64,000 nucleotides of DNA, from positions 64,916,001 to 64,980,000 of the forward strand of contig CM052817.1 of NCBI GenBank assembly GCA_028534125.1, given 5' to 3'. The notes under the pieces are model-generated. The model saw nothing but the letters and a program-made list of their open reading frames with translations, was not told where the DNA came from and did no database searches. Below, piece after piece: positions 14,715-26,900 of the stretch. The DNA is from Lama glama. Lineage: Eukaryota. A program made the position numbers and the translations under genes. The stretch's first letter is position 1; every line of letters begins with the position of its first letter.

Positions 14715-15461
14715 AAAAATTCTCAAATATCAGCAATTTTATATGGTCTATCTAAAAGCTTTAGATACAAAAGAAATAAATTTGCAAAAATAATATAATG
14801 CTTTCTACACAAATCCTAGCTATACTAGTAATTTCATTTATTACTGGTAGGTACCACATTATATGTACTAAAAAAACTTTATACTAAATTTGAGAGTTGT
14901 GATGAATTTTATCATTCTTCACCTACATGACTTTTGAGTAATATTTATAAACATATTAAAAGGAAAATTGTTGGTGAAAAAGACTCATATACTTTTTCTC
15001 TAATGTACATCAACTATAGTTTATTTTCTCCCAGTACATTTTGTCTGTATATAGTAATAGCTTCAGCCCAACTGCTCTCACCAAAATCTGTAATAGTTCT
15101 TTTGGTAAAATTTGAGATCTTCTGAGGCCCAAATTTGACCTTTCTGAGGTGGTTATTTTTATTTCATATCTAGGACATGGATGCTAACTATATTCCTCAT
15201 CTAAATCAGTTGTTTCAGGAATTGTGCAGCTACTCACAATAGGTTCTGGGTGAGAAAAGTGTACAGTGTAAATTCATCAACATTGTTAAAAAGAATTCAA
15301 AAACACATACAATTTTAGCAGTCAATTGACAGTGTTAGCTAACAATACGCATAGCCCCAATTTTAATTAACACAATTACTTTTAATATATCAAAGGTCTA
15401 TGCAAGGTCCAACATTCCATATCTCTGAATAGGGGTAGAATATATGCATTTTGAAACATAC

Positions 15462-15646
15462 TTGCGGAGTTCTCGTTGCTCTTCCCATTGTTTCTGTTTC
15501 ATGAGCTTCTTCATTTGCCTTTTAGATATGGGTTCAAACCTTTCACCTAATCCTGGCTTCTGGTTCTCCTCCTGGTCTTCACTTAAGTCTTGGTTTTTTT
15601 CATCATTAGAAGTCCCACTAACTGCTGGCAACATTTCAGATGACAT
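15462..15646 (-). CDS. TRMT10A: TRMT10A first coding exon = gene exon 2 ([14 protein letters not shown]...QWEEQRELR)
   Basis: ATG at 15646, donor AA|gtatgt at 15461, 185 coding nt. Probable acceptor tttttcag| puts the exon start at 15658. Confidence 0.96.
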
Positions 15647-16023
15647 TATTTGATGCTTCTGAAAAATTGAAAAGCAACTTTTGACATGAACAAATGATTC
15701 ACGTAGAAAAAAAGTAAAATGAAAAAGAAAGACCAAAGGATGTGATTAAAATGAAACCATATCAGTAATGAATAAAAACATAAATTTAGTCAATTAAATG
15801 TCATTTACTGGCAAAGATCATTTTATGAAATGCGGTATTTTCATACATTATTGGCAGTCATGGCACAGTTTTTCCAGAAGGCTACACAGACCTATGTTTC
15901 AAGGGCCCTAAAATGTTGGTACTCTTTCATCCAGTAATTTATTTCGGTAGAATAAATCTCTGTAAATTAATCAGAAATATACACAAAGTTAATGCAAAAG
16001 CATATATGTGCTGTTATTTTTTA

Positions 16024-16153
16024 ATTTTGTTTTTTGGGGGTAATTAGGTTTATTTATTTATTTACTTATTTATTTAATGGCAGTACTGGGGATTGAACCC
16101 ACGACCTCGTACATACGAAGCACGTACTCTACCACTGAGCTATACTCTCCCCC
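16024..16153 (-). mobile_element. tRNA-derived SINE, camelid vic-1-like
   Basis: Minus strand reads GGGGGAGAGTATAGCTCAGTGGTAGAG...GGTTCAATCCCCAGTAC (A and B boxes), then an (AAAT)n/AAACCTAATTACCCCC tail. TSD gt(g/a)ctgttattttt at 16008-16021 and 16155-16168. Confidence 0.85.
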
Positions 16154-17920
16154 AGTACTGTTATTTTTAACAATAAAAAATTAGAAACTACTTGAATATC
16201 ATCAAAAGGGGACTAAATAATAAATTACAGTTCATCTATAACACTGGCTGGAAATACTAAGCAGCCAGGAAAAACCATGTTTCCCAAAATTATTTAGTGA
16301 TAATGGGAAACTGAATTGTTAAATAAGAAAATCAAAACAAAAAACAACACATAATGTCCAATTTTGTTTTAAAAAAACATATATACACATGCTTTAATTC
16401 TGACCCATGGTTTCTACATTTTCTAAATTTTATACATTGAAAATAGTTTTATAAAAGAAAATTATATTATTAAAAAAAGAGATGAAAAACACCTTTTCAT
16501 AGTTGCCTTTAAAGCTATAGTATAAGAAAAATGTTATTCTCATTATCTGGGTATACATTCAGCATTGGTTTTTGACAAAAGATATGTTACAGATTTCTAC
16601 ATTTTGGACAGTGCAGAAAACAAATTTGGTTGTAAATTTCATTGTAAATATTCCACTTAAGTCATGGCTAAAAACCAAAATATGCAAGTTAACTCTGTAA
16701 TCAGCTGTGGAATGCTTAGGGCCATTTCAAACATCTTTATTTGGATTTAACCACCCACATCTTTATACCTATTGCTCAGAACTGAACTTGCCTTCAGATT
16801 AGGGAAAGGGCTTAGAAATACTGAGATTTCTTTTCTCTTTAATTGATTATTAATATCAAGGCTTAAAAATAGTCACTTATCCCCACCAAAGACTAAACAT
16901 GAAGCCTGCAAATGTTTTACTGGCCTTAAAGAAAAATTTATGATTCTCCCCTTTTACAGAGACAGCTAACAAGTCAGTGCAGAATACCTAAAAGAAAAAA
17001 GGTCAATTCCCACAATTCAGAAAATAGAAGGACAAAAACTTTTGCTGTAAGCAGTAGTTTAATTTATGGTTCCTTTTTTCTTTAAAACTGCAGTGTTGTA
17101 ACAGGATATATGGTGATAATTAAGCAAACTAGAAAGTTTACCAAATTTTGACTGAAAGATAAGAAATTTTAAGATGTGTGCTTTGGGGACTAGAGCAAAA
17201 GCCCTGGCATTTTACTAGGTCACAAAATTACTAAAAAGGGGAAGGAGTCATCTAGTAATCCAAGTAAGAGTTCACAAGTTTTCCTTACATTAGCAACCAA
17301 ACAGAATCCTTAGTTTGGGAGAGCATCTCCAAGAAATGACATCTCAAATTTGACTCTACACTTGAAACTCCATCTGGCAGGGATAATGTCTGCTTCTGAC
17401 CAACATTATACTGCCAATACTAGCACGGTGCTCGGCACTTAGTAGATGCTTAATCATATATTGGTAGAATAAATAAATGAGTGAATATGATATTACAAGG
17501 GACTTTTAAAAGTAATGAAAACAGTAATAGCAAACACTTATTAATTTACTGTGCTTAACAAAAATTTTATTTTCTAATTTACTCTTTAAAACAACCCTAT
17601 GAGGTAGACAGTATATACCTACTTTGCAAAGGAAGGAGGTACAAGGGTTAAATAACTTGCCCAAGGTTACAAAGCTACTAATTCTTAAGAAACAAGGCAC
17701 CTAGAGCAGATGTAGCACAAAGTAGGTCCTCAAAATACTCACTGAATAAAGTGATGGAGCTGATTCAAACCCACATTTAATTCCACTATCTCCCAGAAAT
17801 CCAAAATTTTATTTAGAAAAATGAGGGTTTCCAAAGGATGTTAAACAGCTGTTGTTTCAATCCTGCTGTTAGAGGGCTCTGAGAAGACCTGTGTCACCGA
17901 AAGATGAGAAAAAAATAGCT

Positions 17921-18029
17921 CTAGTTCTATTCCTATGCCACTGCATCAACAAATTGGAACAGACTTCCTAGAGACCTAGTTCTATTCCTATGCCACTGCA
18001 TCAACAAATTGGAACAGACTTCCTAGAGA
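17921..18029. repeat. Perfect tandem duplication, 55-bp period, 2 copies
   Basis: ctagttctattcctatgccactgcatcaacaaattggaacagacttcctagaga at 17921 and 17976. Confidence 0.95.
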
Positions 18030-18211
18030 TCACTGCAAAAAGTTCGTGTTTTGAGGCACCCTGAGCCCAATCTTGAAATATATGACAACAGTAGATAAAA
18101 TATAAAAAGGGAAAACAATAAAGGTACAGCCTCTCTCAAAATTAAAAATAAGAACTGGATGGGTCTGGTGTGTAAAGGCAGCTGAGAGTTTTCCCAGCTT
18201 TAAAATAGGGA

Positions 18212-21200
18212 TGGCCCCTATCAGGACTGTGACAACCACAGAACAAAAAGGAGGTTCACTCAACAACCAGGGTAGGCTCTGATCACCACAACATCAGTCA
18301 CATCCCCAATCAAAGGGGTAACAGCCAACAAACACAGAAGAAAAACATGGCAACTATCCATACTAAAAACAAACCTTAGACAAAATTATCAGAGATGTAC
18401 AGTTTACACAGGAACGCATCTTCTTTAAAATAAAAAAAAAAAGCCCTTCAAGACCACAGTAGATAACTGATACTCCATAATCCACAGTGCTAGAGAGCTA
18501 TGAGTAAGATGAAGAAGCATAGGAACTACTCCCAATTAAAAGAACAAGAGAAGTAAAAACAGAAAACTCTCAATGGCTGAGATGAGAGCCTAGCTAAAGG
18601 CAGTCAAAAGGAGACTAGATAATGCAGAGGAACGAATAAGTGACTTAGAAGACAGGGTAACAGAAGTCACCCAATCAGAACAACAGAAAGAAAAGCAAAT
18701 AAAAATCAGTAAAAACAATATAAGGGACTTATGGGATAATGTAAAGTTTGCCCAGCTACGCACAACAGGGGTCCCAGAAAGAGAAGAAATATCAAAGGGG
18801 ACTGAAAAGGTATTTGAAGAAATCATGACTGAAAACTTCTCAAACCTAAAGAAGGAATCAGATATCCAAGTACAGGAAACATAGAGGGCCCCCTAAAAGA
18901 AGAAGCCAAATAGACCTACACCAAGACATATAATTAAGATCACCAAGGTTAAAGATAAAGAAATGTTTCTAAAGGCAGCAAGAGAAAAACAATGAGTTAT
19001 TTACAATGGAACCCCCCATAAGACTTTCAGTTGACTTCTCAACACACACACTGCTGGCCAGAAAGGAGTGGCAAGATACATTCAAAGTCCTGAATGAGAA
19101 AGAGCTGCAACCTAGGATAGTTTATTCAGCAAAGCTAACCTTTAGAATAGAAAGAGAGCTAAAAAATTTCACAGACAAGCAAAAATTAAAAGAATTCAGC
19201 AATACTAGACCTATGCTAAAAGAAATATTGAAAGATCTACTCTAAATAGAAAAGAAGCAAGACTCTATAGAAAGGAGAAAATCATAATTGAAAATGTAAC
19301 TACAATGAGTTGCAACAGGATAAACAAGAAGATATAAAAGAGGACATTGAAATCATTAAAGGTGGGAGAAGGCATCAGGAAAATATAGATTTACTCTTCT
19401 GTTTTTGTTCTTCTTAGGATGTGTTTGAGCTTATATGACTATCAGTTTAAAACAAACAGATACAGTAATGGGTTAATATACTTGAAAAACAGGGTAATCA
19501 CAAATTGAAATCAAAATAGAGTCACAAAAAACAAAAAGAAACCAAGATAATACAAAAGAAAATTATCAAACCACAAAAAGAAAAAGAAAAGGAAAGGAAC
19601 AAAGGAAATATCAAATCAACTGGAAAACTAAGTTCAAAATGGCAAAAAAAACCCCACATCTATCAATAATTACTGTAAATGTCAATGGACTAATGCTCCA
19701 ATCAAAAGGCACAGAGTGGCAGATTGGATAATAAAACAAGAACCTACAACATGCTGCATATAAGAGACCCACTATAGGGTGAAGGACACAGATAGAATGA
19801 AAGTGAAAGGATGGGAAAATATATTTCATGCATGTGAAAACTACAAGAAAGCAGGAGTAGCAATACTGATTTCAGACAAAACAGACTTTAAAGCAAAGGC
19901 CACAAAAAAAGATAAAGGACACTATGTAATGATTAAAGGAGCAATACAAGATGAGGATATTACACTTGTTAACATATACACACCCAATATAGGAGCACCT
20001 AAATACATAAAGCAAATACTAACAGACATAAAGGTAGAAATTAATGGGAACACAATCATAGTAGGAGACTTTAATACCCTATTAACATCATTGGACAGAT
20101 CTTCCAGACAGAAAGTCAATAAGGCAATGGAGATACTAAATGACACAACAGAACAGTTGGACTTGGTTGATACTTTCAGGGCATTACATCCTGCAAAAAC
20201 AGAATATACATTCTTTTCAAGTGCATATGGGACATTCTCTCGGATAGATTGCGTACTTGTGGACAAAAGAAGCCTCAACAAATTTAAGAGGATAGAAATT
20301 ATTTCAAGCATCTTTTCTAACCACAATGCCATGAAACTAGAAATCAACCACAGGAAAACAAAAGGAGAAAAAAACGACAGCATGGAGATTAAACAATGTG
20401 CTACTAAAAAAACCAATAGGTCAATGACAAAATCAAAGAAGAAAGTAAAAAATACTTTGAGACAAATGACAATGAAAACACAACCACACAAAATCTATGG
20501 GATGCAGCAAAATCTAAGAGGGAAGTTCACAGTGATACAGGCCTTCTTCAAAAAAAGAATAATCCCCATAAACAACCTAACCTATCACCTAGAAGAATTA
20601 GAAAAAGAAGAGCAAACAAAACCTAAAGTCAGCAGAATGAAGAAAATCATAAAGACCAGGGAGGTAATAAGTAAAGTAAGAGATTTTGAAAAACAAGAAA
20701 AAAAATCAATCAATCAAAACAAGAGCTGTTTTTTGGTAAGACTAAACAAAACTGACAAACATCTGGCTCGGCTCACCAAGAAGAAAAAAAAAGAGAATAC
20801 AAATAAACAAAATAAGAAAGGAAAATGGAGAAATTACAAAGAGTATGACAGAAATACAAAAAAAAAAAAATAAGAGAATACTATGAACAACTATATGGAA
20901 ACAAACTTGACAAGTTAGAAGAAATGGAGCAGTTTCTGGAAACATACAGACCACCAAGACTGAATCAAGAAGAAACAGACCACTTGAACAGACCAATCAA
21001 TAGAAATGAAATAGAATCAGCAACAAAAAACCTCCCTGAAAACAAAAGTCCAAGACCAGATGGCTTCACTGGGGAATTCTACCAAACATACAAAGAATTC
21101 ATACTAGTCCTTCTCAAACTCTTCCAAAAGACAGAAAAGGAAGGAGTACTTCCAAACTCATTCTAGGAAGCCATCATCACCCTGATACCAAAATCAGACA

Positions 21201-23841
21201 AATACATTACCAAAAAAGAAAATTACAGGCCAGTATCACTGAGGAACATAGATGCAAAAATCCTCAACAAAATATTAACAAACAGAATCCAACAGCACAT
21301 AAAAAAAGATCATACACCATGATCAAGTTGGATTCATCCCAGGGACACAAGGATAGTTCAGCATATGCAAATCAATCAATGTGATACACCATATCAACAA
21401 CAACAAAAAGGACAATCACAAGATTATCTCAACAGATGCAGAAAAAGCATTTGATAAGATTCAGCACCTAATTATGATAAAAACTCTTACTAAAGTAGGT
21501 ATAGAGGGAACATGTCTCAACATAATAAAAGCTATTTACAGCAAATCCACAGACAGCATAATACTCAACGGTGAAACCAAGAAGAGAGCCTTCCCACTAA
21601 AATCTAGAACAAGACAAAGATGCCCATTCGCACTACTTCTATTCAGCATAGACTTGAAAGTCCTAGCCACAACAATCAGGCAAGAAAAAGAAATATAAGA
21701 GATCCAAATTGGAAAAGAAGAAGTAAAATTGTCACTATATTTGGATGACATGAATATATATTCCTAAAAGCTCCAAACAAAAGCTATTAGAGCTGATAAA
21801 AGAATTCAGCAAGGTAGCAGGATACAAGATTAACATACAAAAATCACTTGCATTTCTTTACACTAACAATGAATTAGTAGGGAAAGAAAGTAAAGACACA
21901 ATACCTTTTAAAATCGCATCCAAAACAATAACATACTTAGGAATAAATTTGACCAAGGAGGTGAAAGACTTATACATGGAGAACTACAAAACACTGATTA
22001 AGGAAATTAAAGATGATTAAAGAAATTGAAAGATATCCCATGCTCTTGGACTGGAAGAATTAATATTGTCAAAATGGCCCAAGGCAGTCTACAGATTTAA
22101 TGCAATCCGTATCAAATTATCCAGGACATCTTTCACAGAACTAGAACAAAGAATCCTAAAATTTATATGGAATCACAAAGATCCAGAATTACCAAAGCAA
22201 TATTGAAGAAAAAGAACAAAGCTGGAGGAATAACCCTCCCAGACTTCAGACAATACTATAGAGATACAGTAATCAAAATATTGTGGTATTGGCATAAAAA
22301 CAGACATATGGATCTATGGAACAGAATAGAGAGCCCAGAAATAAACCCACAGACCTATGGTCAATTAATCTTCAACAAAGGAGGCAAGAATATACAGTGG
22401 AGAAAAACAATCCCTTCAGCAAGTGGTGTTGGGAAAACTGGATAGCAGCATGTAAATCAATGAAGTTAGAACACTCCCTCATACCATACACAAAAATAAA
22501 CTCAAAATGGCTTAAGGACTTAAATGTAAGACAATACACGATAAACCTCCTAACAGAAAACATAGGCAAATAGTCTCTGACATAAATTTTAGCAATGTTC
22601 TCCTAGGGCAGTCTACCCAGGCAATAGAAATAAAAGCAAAAAATAACAAATGGGGCCCAATTAAACTTAGAAGCTTTTGCACAGCAAAGGAAACCATAAG
22701 CAAAACAAAACAACAATCTATGGAATGGGAGAAAATATTTACAAATGATGTAGCTGACAAAGGTTTAATTTCCAGAATATATAAACAGCTCATCCAACTT
22801 AGTAACAAAAAACAAAAACCCAATCCAAAAATGGGCAGAAGACCTAAACAAGCAATTCTCCAATGAAGACATACAAATAGCTAGTAGGTACATGAAAAAA
22901 ATCCTCAATATCATTAATTATCAGGAAATGCAAATCAAAACTACAAGGAGGTATCACCTCATACCAGTCAGAATGGCCATCACTCAAAAGTCCATGAATG
23001 ATAAATGCTGGAGAGGCTGTGAAGAAAAGGGAATCCTCCTACACTGTTAGTGGGAATGTAATTTGGGGCAGCCATTATGGAAAACAGTGTGGAGATTCCT
23101 CAGAAAACTAAAAACAGACTTACAGACTCAAACAATGATCCAGTAATCCCACTCTTGGATATATATCCAGAGGGAACTCTAATTCAAAAAGAAACATGCC
23201 CCCCAATGTTCATAGCAGCACGACATATAATAGTCAAGACATAGAAGCAACCTAAATGTACATCAACAGATGACTGGATAAAGAAGCTGTGTTATTTATA
23301 TACAAAGGAATACTACTCAGCCATAAAAAAAGAATGAAATAATGTCATTTGCAGCAACGTGGATGGGCCTAGAGATCGTCATTCTAAGTGAAGTAAACCA
23401 GAAAGAGAAAAATATCATATGATATCACTAATATATGGAATCTAAAAGAAAGAAAGAAAGAAAAAGAAAGAAAGAAAGAAAGAAAGAAAGAAAAGAAAGA
23501 AAAGAAAGAAAGAAAAAAGGATACTATGAACTCATCTACAAAACAGAAACAGACTTGCAGACTTAGTAAACAATCTTATGGTTACTGAGGAAAGGGTGGG
23601 GGGAGGGATAAATTTGGGTGTTTGAGATTTGCACATTAGTCACTATATATAAAAACAGATTTAAAAAACAGGTTTCTTCTGCATAGCACAGGGAACTCTA
23701 TTCAATATTTTGTAATAACCTTTAATGAAAAAGAATATGAAAACAAATATATGTATGTATATGCATGACATGAACATTGTGCTATACACCAGAAATTGAC
23801 ACATCGTAACTGACTGTACATCAATAAAAATAAAATAAAAT
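18212..23841 (+). mobile_element. Degenerate LINE-1 (about 5.6 kb, truncated in the 5' UTR) in TRMT10A intron 1
   Basis: ORF1 remnant at 18500-19245, ORF2 remnant at about 19639-23400 with frameshifts, and a (TAAAA)n tail. TSD aaaataggga at 18202-18211 and 23842-23851, at a TT|AAAA site. Confidence 0.93.
23446..23518 (+). repeat. (GAAA)n microsatellite inside the L1 3' UTR
   Basis: Read directly from the sequence. Confidence 0.95.
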
Positions 23842-23851
23842 AAAATAGGGA

Positions 23852-24800
23852 GAAAAAGAATAATACTAGACAAAGGATGGGAGCCCTTAAACTAGTGCTG
23901 GGAGCAGGGCCTCTCCTTTCATGCAAAAAGCCTGAAAACAGGTACAACTACAGACTATGGCTTATACCAAGCTGACCACTTGGGGGAACTACTGAAGGCA
24001 GCAGACATGGCCTCTTGGCTACAAACTCTGCCCAGCCATGAGATGACATATGAACTTATAATATTACATGATTAGAATTCTGAACCACCTATACAAGTGC
24101 TGCTGTGGACTGAAGCACTGAAAAGAGTCATGGGTAAGAGCAAACACAAAATCAGTGGTAGACAGAGAGGTTGTTTGGAGGGGAAAGTTATAATTCCTTT
24201 CAAGATGAGTCTGCAAAGCAAAATTACAAAAAGACAGAAATGACAGTAGGAACTATCCCCTCAAAAATTCAACAATCAGGAGATCCACTCTATACAAACT
24301 GAAAATAATAAAGCAATGTGAAAATGGCTTTAAAATAACTGTGGTTGAAATCTTTCACAGATGATAAGGAGTAAGAACCATAAAAACAAAACAGGAAATT
24401 GGAAAACAAAAGCACGCATAAAAATAGCAAAACAAGAATCCATAAAAAAGAACCAATTTGGAAACCAGGAAATGAAGATATAAAAATTTCAACAGATGAG
24501 ACAAACTCCAGGTTATCTGGAGTCCAAGAGGTACTTAATGAATCAGAAGACATTTTCACAATCTGACTCAGAATTCAGACAGAAAAAGAGTAAAAAATAT
24601 GTTGGAGCATTTAAAAGATTCGAATAATAGGATAAGAAAAATTAAGGCAAAATAAGTAACTAGGAGGAAATATATAACCTTGAGTGCATTCATTAACTTT
24701 TTTTTTAAAATCTGGAAAATAAGGTAAGCATTCAATTTAAGAAACAGGAGACAGGAGAAACAAAGTAAGCCTGAAAAGATTAGAAGAAAAATTTAAAATA
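23852..24800 (+). mobile_element. Probable ancient L1-type 5'/ORF1 relic interrupted by the younger L1 (left part at about 17.9-18.2 kb)
   Basis: A-rich, strand-biased sequence resembling a degraded ORF1. Family not determinable by eye. Confidence 0.4.
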
Positions 24801-26309
24801 TATAGAACCTCTAGAATCCTTTATATTTTATTTCCTTTCCAAAGGTACTACATTAAAAAAAAAATCAGCAAGAAATGTATCCAAAACAATACAAGGTGGA
24901 GAAAACACAAGCTAAACATGCCCATTAAGCTAAATGTGCAAACTTAAATGCACAATTAAAATACAGAGGAAACAAACTGCTCTTTCATGAAACAGTGATT
25001 AATATTCTAAGAAAGAACATTTCTGTTCATCTGTGGTATCGTTTTTCGCTAGTTCTCTATTATGTTCAAAAACTGCCAAATGTTAATTGGCTCTATAACG
25101 TGAACATTAAAAAAAAAATGTACAGCAATGTTTTAAAGTCCATGCACACCAGGGGGAGCTTTTGCCTTTCCTATCTAAGAAGTCTAAATTAAATTTAATT
25201 TGGCCTATCTTTGCATACTAATGTTTTTAAACAGCCTATCAAATACAAGGAAAGGTCATGAGCTAGCCCACATCATTATCATTATTATTTCTAAAGTTAT
25301 TCCCAATTAAGAAAATGCACTGTAGTAAGTGAATTTTTTTCAAGGTTTGAATAAGCTAGATGCATTGCACGGAATACAACAAAAATGATGCTAGGTTGAG
25401 ATCCTATAAATTACTGCTTCCGGCACACTTCACATACAAAGGTATGTGCCAACTCTTACTGCCTATACCATAAAATAAGCATTTCACTATGTACTAGTTT
25501 GTTCGGATTACCTGTTAAGCAAAACACAAGCTCCATGGCAGAGTTTTGCATTCCTCCCTCACAGTACACTTTCATCCATTCGTCACGTTCAAAAAATTTT
25601 ATAGCAGTTATAGAATTATTTGTGTGAAATTTAGTTTACTTGAGCACTGAATTAAAAAACTGGTTCATTTAGTTACAGATAGAGTTTACCTAGTGGTGTT
25701 TTAAAAACTAACAACTGGATAAAGCGGACTAAGGCAATTTGGTGTGGGGCAAATAAATAAAAAAGTAGTTATCTTAATCGTCCTTGTATTTCTACTTAGC
25801 ACAGCTTCAGCAAGGAGGGCGTACACCATAATCAGTGAATGGCCAAAAGAAAGAAAAAAAACTTTCATGGATTTTATTGATTGGCCTGAAATAAAATCGT
25901 CGCAATTTATGACACAGCCTCCCTTCCAGATTCACATGAATGTTGGAGAAACTGCCGAACGTAATTAAATGAGCTGACAGCGACAGTGAATTAATATGCT
26001 TTTTTAAACGCGCGGGCCAAATCCGCAGCGGCGAAAGCTATCTGGCCCTTGGGGCGGAGGGTCAGGCTCGAGTGGGGGGTAGGTGGAGGATTTACAACGA
26101 ACGAAAAGTGAGATTGTCATCTTTTGCTATCCTCTTTATATCGCTAAAATTTAAAAAAATCCCGAATTTCAACATAAAAACATTTCAGTGAAATCCAGTA
26201 ACACCTCGGTCTTCTTAAAATCGTCCTCGGCTCACCACCATGGGGCCTAACAGCACCTGCAGCAACTCTCCCCTGGCCCCTCCATTTCAGAGCGCTCAGG
26301 GACGGCAGT

Positions 26310-26410
26310 CCCTCGTTGAAGAGATGAGGTAAGGCAGGTTTAAAGAGGTAGAGCGACTTGCCCACGGTCTCTAGCCACCAGTGGCAGAACCACAACTCGT
26401 TTTCTGGCCC
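26310..26410 (-). mobile_element. MIR fragment within the CpG-rich promoter
   Basis: agatgaggtaaggcagg...agaggtagagcgacttgcccacggtc...agtggcagaacc. Confidence 0.6.
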
Positions 26411-26794
26411 TTCTGGGTCCAGATTTCCCTCTCCCTTCATTCTTGAGAAACTCACACTCCTCACATACTAGGGCCCGGATCCCGACCAGCAAACAAACGT
26501 GGACAGCAAGCCTCCCCTCCTACCCTCCAGACCACCCGCAGGCGGACACACTCCAGAGGCGGGATTAAAATGCAGCTAACGAATGAGAAAGCTGCTAGGG
26601 GAGCGGCAAGGGCGCATTCCCTCCGACGTCACTTCCGCCAGGAGCTGGGGCTAGGCAGAAGCTCCCAAAATCCCTCTTCCCTCACCCCCGGAAGCCCTTA
26701 TTGGTAGAGGAAGGCGGCACCAGCACGCGCTCCTTTTGCTCCCGGATTATACCAAGGGATAGGCGAGCGCTAGCCTACGTGCCAAGAGACTTAC

Positions 26795-26900
26795 CGAGCG
26801 GAGAAGTTGTCGGGGAACCTGAGAGCACGCTTTTCAGATCGGTCTTTACCACTCCAGAAGGTCCTCTTTCGGAAACTTCAACTCCCAGAGGCAGAGACGG
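26795..26900 (-). other. TRMT10A: Probable TRMT10A non-coding exon 1 (3' boundary supported, 5' boundary guessed)
   Basis: Consensus minus-strand donor CTCG|GTAAGT at 26795/26794 inside the CpG island. Further candidate donors at 26686 and 26236. Confidence 0.55.

Noticed and set aside
16078..16153. tRNA-like sequence
   Set aside because: It has a SINE tail and TSD and lacks a proper acceptor stem, so it is a SINE head rather than a tRNA gene.
17921..18029. Direct repeats as a possible CRISPR-like array
   Set aside because: Only two adjacent copies with no spacers, in mammalian intronic DNA. It is a simple tandem duplication.
19779..20873. 364-aa ORF, the longest in the track
   Set aside because: It is an L1 ORF2 endonuclease remnant that lacks the true N-terminus and drifts out of frame. 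Not a gene or an active element.
26291..26328. Plus-strand 38-nt micro-exon candidate (tttcag|...GAG|gtaagg) in a MIR
   Set aside because: It lies on the TRMT10A side of the promoter with no evident plus-strand start upstream. Splice-like motifs alone are insufficient.
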